From assembly GCA_965367815.1 (NCBI GenBank), contig CBDUKN010000006.1, positions 32,001 through 96,000 of the forward strand: a stretch of DNA of 64,000 nt. Reading direction: 5' to 3'. Below the pieces are notes generated by a model, which saw only the letters and a program-made list of their open reading frames with translations, did no database searches and was not told the origin of the DNA. Positions 58,174 through 64,000 of this stretch are shown piece by piece (within the stretch, counting starts at the first letter, position 1; each line of letters opens with the position of its first letter). Both the position numbers and the translations under genes were made by a program. Origin of the DNA: an uncultured Thermoprotei archaeon (lineage in GTDB: Archaea > Thermoproteota > Thermoprotei > Thermofilales > B15-G2).

Positions 58174-58256
58174 ATGTCGTCTATTTTTTGCACAATTGTC
58201 GAATTAAAAGATTATGCTCCGGCAGGGCTAAATACTAGCTTAATACTGAATAATTA

Positions 58257-58304
58257 GTGATGAACGAGGGCGAGCCTGAAAAATGATGAATTTCTCCCAA
58301 CTGA
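58257..58304 (+). ncRNA. Box C/D methylation guide sRNA
   Basis: GTGATGA (C) acgagggcgagc CTGA (D') aaa ATGATGA (C') atttctcccaa CTGA (D); all four boxes canonical; intergenic. Confidence 0.92.
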
Positions 58305-58357
58305 GACTTCTCGAGAAAACATTATAAAGCGCTTTCTCAAGACTATAAGGAGACAGT

Positions 58358-60043
58358 ATGCACTTAGAGCTACAGAGTGAGCTAGGATCTCTACTACACT
58401 TAATACTCACCGCTGCATTAGCAGTAATTTACGCTAAGAACAGATCTATTGTTATTTTACCAGCTCTCATGCTTGCTTCGCTTATAGGCGTAATGGTTGG
58501 TCTAGAAGTCCACCCATTCATAATAGGTATATCGAATTTTGCTGCCGCTCTAATCGTATTTATTGCTGGACTTGAACTAGACCCCTGCTTTATTAGAGTA
58601 AACAAGGAGAGAGCCTTGTTTATATTCGTATTTGAAGCTGTTCAAATCCTCACATTCTACTACATTTTAATAAACTTCTTTCCAATAGAAATAGCTACTG
58701 CTCTTACAGCCATAATGGTCGCATCTAATGAAGCTTTTGCTCTAGAGCTGAAGAAATATAAGGGCGGACATCTAGCTCAGTTCGGTATTACGCTTTCTGT
58801 TCTCGAAGACGCACTAGCAGTATTTCTTCTCTCAATAGGATTTTTCACTTCTCCTAAAACACTTCACTTAGGAGTTCTTGAAACAATCATTGTAACAAGT
58901 CTCTTCTTGATACCTCTCATATACTTTGTTTCAGGGCTATATGTCAAGATACTCAATAGTCTTGAAAGAAAAGATACGAAAATACTCCTAGCTATACTTT
59001 ACTTAGTTATACTGATGGCCATAGCCGAAGCACTAGGTATACCGGAGGCGATACCTGTATTCATAGGAGCCGTTTCGCTGTCTTTCCACGGCTTTGATAG
59101 AGAAACATTCAATGCTATAGAAAGCTACTTTGTTCTAGCTCTAACAGGCTTCGTTTCATCGCTTCCATACACTGTTTACAAGGCGACTGAAGCTGAACTT
59201 ACACTAGACCTCTTTATTCAGGCAACGCTGCTGGGAGCTATGCTGGCCGTAGTCGCCTACGTAGTTAGGCTAGCCATAGTCTTTACTGCCTCCATAATGG
59301 GGGGACTAAACGTAGATGACGCTTTTTCGCTGGCAGCCGCTTTAGCCAATACAGGTGAATTCGGGCTAATTGTTCTCTCTACTCTCGTAGTGACAACAGG
59401 ACTTGTTACAAGCAATATAGCTTACGCCGCGCTATTCGCTTACGCCTTTAACTTAACTCTAGTCTCCGAAGCTGTTAAAAGACTTTCAGGTATAAGACGT
59501 AGAGTACTAGAACTCATGAAACCTAAACTCTACGACTTCTTAGTAAAAGTAAGTGAAGAAGCCAATACTGTTGTAGAGACCTTAGCTAAAGATATTCAGC
59601 TTAAAGAAAGTATTCTCGAAATCACTATAACAGTCTTCATAGTCTACTTAGTTACAGGACTCTCTGGAATATATCCAAATCCCGTATCGGACTACATTTT
59701 CATGCTCTTTCTTCTATCAGCATTCATTGCCTCAACTCAAGAAGTTTTCCAAATACTAAGCTCTGCTCTCAGCAGAATAGGCTCTTCTAGAACATTTTTC
59801 GCATTCTTCTTTAGACTAATGGTACTCTACATAGTAGTAGCACCTCTCCTACACTCAATGAAATACTTTTACAGCAGAGGCAGGTTTCTCCAGCTAATTC
59901 ACCCAATAGACTCTCCTCTAAGTCTACTCATAATAATAGTGCTCACTATTGCAATAAAGAACTTAGCCGAGAAAACAGCTAAATTTACATTAGGTCACTC
60001 AGTATCTGAGCCAGAAAACGTATCTGAGAAAAAACAAGACTAA
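58358..60043 (+). CDS. Cation:proton antiporter (CPA2-like)
   Basis: FIAGLE, LSVLED, GEFGLIV; many TM segments. Confidence 0.8.
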   Translation: MHLELQSELGSLLHLILTAALAVIYAKNRSIVILPALMLASLIGVMVGLEVHPFIIGISNFAAALIVFIAGLELDPCFIRVNKERALFIFVFEAVQILTFYYILINFFPIEIATALTAIMVASNEAFALELKKYKGGHLAQFGITLSVLEDALAVFLLSIGFFTSPKTLHLGVLETIIVTSLFLIPLIYFVSGLYVKILNSLERKDTKILLAILYLVILMAIAEALGIPEAIPVFIGAVSLSFHGFDRETFNAIESYFVLALTGFVSSLPYTVYKATEAELTLDLFIQATLLGAMLAVVAYVVRLAIVFTASIMGGLNVDDAFSLAAALANTGEFGLIVLSTLVVTTGLVTSNIAYAALFAYAFNLTLVSEAVKRLSGIRRRVLELMKPKLYDFLVKVSEEANTVVETLAKDIQLKESILEITITVFIVYLVTGLSGIYPNPVSDYIFMLFLLSAFIASTQEVFQILSSALSRIGSSRTFFAFFFRLMVLYIVVAPLLHSMKYFYSRGRFLQLIHPIDSPLSLLIIIVLTIAIKNLAEKTAKFTLGHSVSEPENVSEKKQD

Positions 60044-60061
60044 AGTTTTATACGTCTTTAG

Positions 60062-60670
60062 ATGAAATATTTTAAAGAAAGTATGGAAGACAGAGTACGG
60101 CCAGTACACGCGCTATGTTTTTTCACAGTTAGCTTACTTGGCAATATAAATCAGCTGATAGTTTTCGACTACTATGACCCAGATAAGTACTACGCTAGCT
60201 TAATTGAGAGAGAGCTTATAGACGAAGAATTAGAGGCAATAGCATCTAAAATGCAAGACTACCTTGACGAAGAAAAAGTGTTAATTAACGGTAAAAGAGT
60301 ATATCCTGAGCTAAGGTACATAGACTTAGCTTTTCGAGGAAGTCTTAAAAGACCATCACTTTACTTTATTATTCACTTTAAAGGAGACTTTAAGACGGGA
60401 ATAAATGTATACGAAGACTATTACGACAGAGAGATAGCTGAGTACGACTACGAGTTTTACTGGATTTTCCCTCCAGGCGTAGTAATTAAAGACATCATTG
60501 TAGACGGTATTTACAGCAGAATTGGAGACAATATCTTAGCTGTTTATGTAGATAAAGGAACAGAGATCAGTGGATTCGAGAAAATAGTCTTCGAGATACC
60601 CGACTACCTAGCCGAGCACATAAGAAAAACTACTAACAAATTTGAAGTGAAAACATTTAGCAATAATTAA
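60062..60670 (+). CDS. Hypothetical protein
   Basis: 202-aa acidic ORF with normal codon usage. Confidence 0.7.
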   Translation: MKYFKESMEDRVRPVHALCFFTVSLLGNINQLIVFDYYDPDKYYASLIERELIDEELEAIASKMQDYLDEEKVLINGKRVYPELRYIDLAFRGSLKRPSLYFIIHFKGDFKTGINVYEDYYDREIAEYDYEFYWIFPPGVVIKDIIVDGIYSRIGDNILAVYVDKGTEISGFEKIVFEIPDYLAEHIRKTTNKFEVKTFSNN

Positions 60671-62064
60671 GGTATTAGACCGAAAGTTCTCGCGTAAAGT
60701 ACACCTAAAGCGAGTATAAGTGGAGCTACACTAAAAAGTGGACCGTACTTCATCCAGTCTTTAAGCGTAATTTTACCAGCTCCTCTTGACTCAAGAATAC
60801 TCACCGCCGTTATATTCGCTGTACTTGCTACTATCGTGAAATTCCCGAAGTATGTCGCCGCGAAGAGCATACTCCACCAAAGCGGAAAAACATTTACCCC
60901 CATAGCCTCCAAATTCCTTATCACCGGTATAAAGAAAGCTACCGCTAAGACATTGTCTAAAACACTGCTTAAAAGACCTACAATAATGGCTACTAAGAAG
61001 ACTAGCTGAGCAACATTACCTCCCATAATTTCTTTGAGCGCAGAAGCCATTATTTCAGTCACTCCTACTTGCTCTAAGGAACCTATCGAAGCAAAAAGGA
61101 ACATGAAAAAGAGAAGAAGAGGCCAGTCTACGCCACTTTCAAGAAAATCTCGTAGTCTGCTTCTCTCGAGAAATAGAGCCATTATAGCGCCTCCCAGAGC
61201 AGCTACAATAAGCATAGAGCCCTTCTTTAAGTGAAGAATATGTTCTAGAGTATCGTGAATAATAAGTGGAGTAAGCACAGCTATTAGCAGAAGCCATGCC
61301 TTGACAAGCTCTCTTCTAGGAATCCTATCCACTCGCATTGACTTCAAGTCTAGCGACGACAGACTCTTGTTTAAGGACTCAATATCTCTTGAGAATATTT
61401 TGAAAGAAAGAGCTGTTATCAGTAAAACAGCTGTAAGTGTAGAAGGAGTAGCCCAGTTCAAGAAATCGTGGAAAGAAAGCCCTACTTCAAGCGCTATCAA
61501 CACGCCTACCGGATTGCCTACTACAGTGGCGCTACTACCTATGTTTGCCGCAAACGATATCATGTAGATAAACGGCACAGGATTTACTCTACAGAAAAGA
61601 GATATTCTTAAAACCATGGGTACGAGAAAGAGTATAGCTGTAACTATACCTACGAGAGAAGCTGAGAACGCGGAAACTACTATAAGTAGCGCTACTAGGA
61701 GAAAAGCATTAGACCCTGTTTTTTCAACCAGACTCGCTATAGTATACTCGAAGAAACCTTTTTCTTCAAGATAGTTCACAACAATCATCATGCCTATCAA
61801 GAAAACAATCACATCTAAGTGAGTCGACTCAACAAAGTGCTCGATATCCATTACTCCAGTCAAAAAGAGAAGGAATATCCCGAGAATAGCGAAAAGGACT
61901 TTGTATTCCCAGAAAGCCATAATACTGGCTGTTTGAAAAGTAATGATAGTTACAGCTATAGTCTGCTTTAGATTCAGCCCCCCTACCACAGATAAAACAA
62001 TAGCGGCCGCCGTAAGCCCTAATACAGCCAGTACTCCGCGCTCACTCCCCATACTCATCACCAC
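60667..62064 (-). CDS. ArsB/NhaD (IT superfamily) permease
   Basis: FLIGMMI, ANIGSSAT.VGNP, SSVLDNV, GNFT..ASTAN. Confidence 0.9.
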   Translation of the reverse strand: MVMSMGSERGVLAVLGLTAAAIVLSVVGGLNLKQTIAVTIITFQTASIMAFWEYKVLFAILGIFLLFLTGVMDIEHFVESTHLDVIVFLIGMMIVVNYLEEKGFFEYTIASLVEKTGSNAFLLVALLIVVSAFSASLVGIVTAILFLVPMVLRISLFCRVNPVPFIYMISFAANIGSSATVVGNPVGVLIALEVGLSFHDFLNWATPSTLTAVLLITALSFKIFSRDIESLNKSLSSLDLKSMRVDRIPRRELVKAWLLLIAVLTPLIIHDTLEHILHLKKGSMLIVAALGGAIMALFLERSRLRDFLESGVDWPLLLFFMFLFASIGSLEQVGVTEIMASALKEIMGGNVAQLVFLVAIIVGLLSSVLDNVLAVAFFIPVIRNLEAMGVNVFPLWWSMLFAATYFGNFTIVASTANITAVSILESRGAGKITLKDWMKYGPLFSVAPLILALGVLYARTFGLIP

Positions 62065-62188
62065 TCAGGCAGGATTCTGAAGCTAACCTAGCTTAAAGTA
62101 CTTGCGCTTTTAATAAGTTTTTCCTTGAAGAATCAAAACGCATGAAATAACATAAATATCTTTATAAATCTCAATAGGCTTTCTTAGG

Positions 62189-63229
62189 ATGATGGCTGTG
62201 AACACCCTAGAAGAGTTATTAAAAATGCTCATAGAAAATATACTAGCACTATTACCGCAGATAGCTAAAACACTGCTAATTTTAGTCATAGGATGGATTA
62301 TAGGCAAGTGCATTTACATAGCAGTTAAAAAATTTATAGAAAAAATAGGAGTAGACTCAACATTTAAAGACAGTATTCTAGGCAGAGCTCTAGCGAGATT
62401 CGGTATGACCATAAGCTCTTTTGTAGCCTCTAGCATAAAGTGGTTCATATACACTCTAGCGCTAATGTCAGCTATAGACATCTGGGGAATTCCCGTACTT
62501 TCACACTTCACTCAAATAGCAGTAGAATACTTACCGAACTTCATCGGAGGAATACTAATACTTGTAGCAGGCATGATTATATCTGAAATACTAGTCCAAA
62601 TAATCGACGAATCTCTATCAACAATAAAAGTCCCCTACATAAAGTTAGCTTCTCTCTTCAGCAGAATACTCTTATACGCAATAGTAGTAGTCACAGCTCT
62701 CCTCGTAATGAAAATAGATGTATCTATACTTTATGCACTCCTCAACGCTCTCTTCTGGGGCATCGCTCTCGGAATAGGCGTGGCAATAGGCATAGCCTTT
62801 GGATTAGGACTAAAAGATGAAGTGGCTCGCTCAGCTAGAAGATGGTTCCAGCTAGCTGGAGCAACTGAAGAAAAGGTCGCCGAAAAAGAGTACGAGAAGA
62901 AAATAAAAGAATACAAAAAGAAAATAGAGAATTTAGAAAAAGAACTTGCTAAAGAAAAAGAAACAGTAAAGGAGCTCAAAGAAAAAAAGGAAGAGAAAAT
63001 AAAAGAATACGAGCGCATGGAAATGGATCTAAACGGAAAACTCAAATCGCTTATAAAGGATTCAGGAAAAATACTTTGCGCTCACGGAGGATACTCTATT
63101 GAAGTATCTGAACCCGGAGTCTTCCCGTGGATAGAAGTACTCGTGACACTAGTAGCCAACGGCTACAAAGTATCCTTAGAGAAAAGAGATCAAAAATACA
63201 TTATTGAGGCTACACTTAAAAGAAAGTAA
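62189..63229 (+). CDS. CmpX/MscS-type TM-helix repeat protein with C-terminal coiled coil
   Basis: LPQI..LLILVIGW and YLPNFIGGILILVAG repeats, IAFGLG; Lys/Glu coiled coil. Confidence 0.8.
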   Translation: MMAVNTLEELLKMLIENILALLPQIAKTLLILVIGWIIGKCIYIAVKKFIEKIGVDSTFKDSILGRALARFGMTISSFVASSIKWFIYTLALMSAIDIWGIPVLSHFTQIAVEYLPNFIGGILILVAGMIISEILVQIIDESLSTIKVPYIKLASLFSRILLYAIVVVTALLVMKIDVSILYALLNALFWGIALGIGVAIGIAFGLGLKDEVARSARRWFQLAGATEEKVAEKEYEKKIKEYKKKIENLEKELAKEKETVKELKEKKEEKIKEYERMEMDLNGKLKSLIKDSGKILCAHGGYSIEVSEPGVFPWIEVLVTLVANGYKVSLEKRDQKYIIEATLKRK

Positions 63230-63269
63230 AGCAGATTATTTAAGAGAACCAATAGAATTTTAAATAGAC

Positions 63270-64000
63270 GTGAAAGAATACCCTAGATTCTGGCGCCCAG
63301 GAAGTAAACCTTTCAATCCGCTCAAGTTAGCTGAAGAAACCGAGAAAATTGTTTGCCGCAAAGAAGACAGCGTAGTAAGCCGTAAGTATACGCACTTTTA
63401 TGTTGCGGGAGTCTATAGAGGAATAGTTACAGCTTGTGGAGTAGGCTGCTGCCTACGCTGCTTCTACTGCTGGGTTCCGCTAAGTAGAGATTATCCTGAA
63501 TACTATGGCAGATACTATAAGCCTACTGAAGTAGCTGAAAACATAGCAAAACTAGCTAAAAAATACAGAGTCAAGAAAGCTAGAATTTCTTCTGCGAGCC
63601 AACCATAAGCCGTGAACACTTGCTCCAAGTGCTTGACATAATTGAAGAAACTAGAGAAATTAAACTATTCGTCTTAGAAACAAACGGCATAATTTTCGGA
63701 GCCAATAAGAGCTTCATGAAAGAAGTACTAGACTATAGCAAAGTATACACCAGGATATCTATTAAGGCCGGCGAGCCAGAAAGCCTTACTTGGCGGACAG
63801 GCGCCGAAGGACGCTTCTACGAGCTACCCTTTAAGGCAGTAAAGTACTTTAATGACAAAGCAGAGCCGCTTAAAAGATTCCGTGTAGCTGCAATGACTGA
63901 CCCGAGAATCATGAGCTCAAGTGAACGTAAAAAATTATTAGGAGGCTATGGGAAATTAACCCTATTTTAGCAGTAACTCTTGAATAGGAAGTAGTAGACC
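63270..64000 (+). pseudogene. Radical SAM protein with frameshifts and a stop, running off the window
   Basis: CCLRCFYC (CxxxCxxC); frameshift at RIS/CEPTI near 63590; LETNG; second shift near 63940, then in-frame TAG in TLE*EVVD. Confidence 0.8.

Noticed and set aside
62055-62068. Minus-strand CTGA...GTGATGA resembling D'/C' boxes
   Set aside because: No upstream C box or properly spaced D box; explained by the permease start region
799-63045. Many short antisense ORFs in the track (e.g. 5048-5515, 8891-9349, 22117-22620, 39124-39570)
   Set aside because: Ser/Leu/Phe-rich shadows of well-supported genes on the opposite strand
1-64000. CRISPR array suggested by the Cas4-like gene
   Set aside because: No repeat-spacer periodicity seen anywhere in the window

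Overview
AT-rich archaeal chromosomal window, inferred to be crenarchaeal (Thermoproteota, possibly Thermofilum-like) from TATA boxes close to start codons, overlapping operons, PaREP-like coiled coils and box C/D sRNAs. Most of it is housekeeping: three ABC transporters, nadA-nadC with a truncated nadX, an NAD kinase-wHTH fusion, sugar isomerase-like enzymes, a KaiC-like ATPase, MFS and ion transporters, and oxidoreductases. About ten genes carry frameshifts, stops or deletions. The main finding is an intact locus at about 31.7-40.6 kb, inside an AT-rich region bracketed by decayed VapBC modules. It encodes an FHA protein, two paralogous helical proteins, a signal-peptide-less subtilisin (S8) with a hydrophobic tail, a free-standing S8 propeptide (I9-like), a CDC48/VAT AAA+ ATPase, a small protein resembling the TSG101/Vps23 steadiness box, and a large multidomain protein. 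Three of these share a C-terminal helical-hairpin motif, suggesting an undescribed protease/unfoldase membrane complex built from ESCRT-like parts. Two box C/D guide sRNAs missing from the ORF track were also found. No tRNA, rRNA, CRISPR array or transposase was seen. Family calls come from motif recognition by eye; no searches were run.
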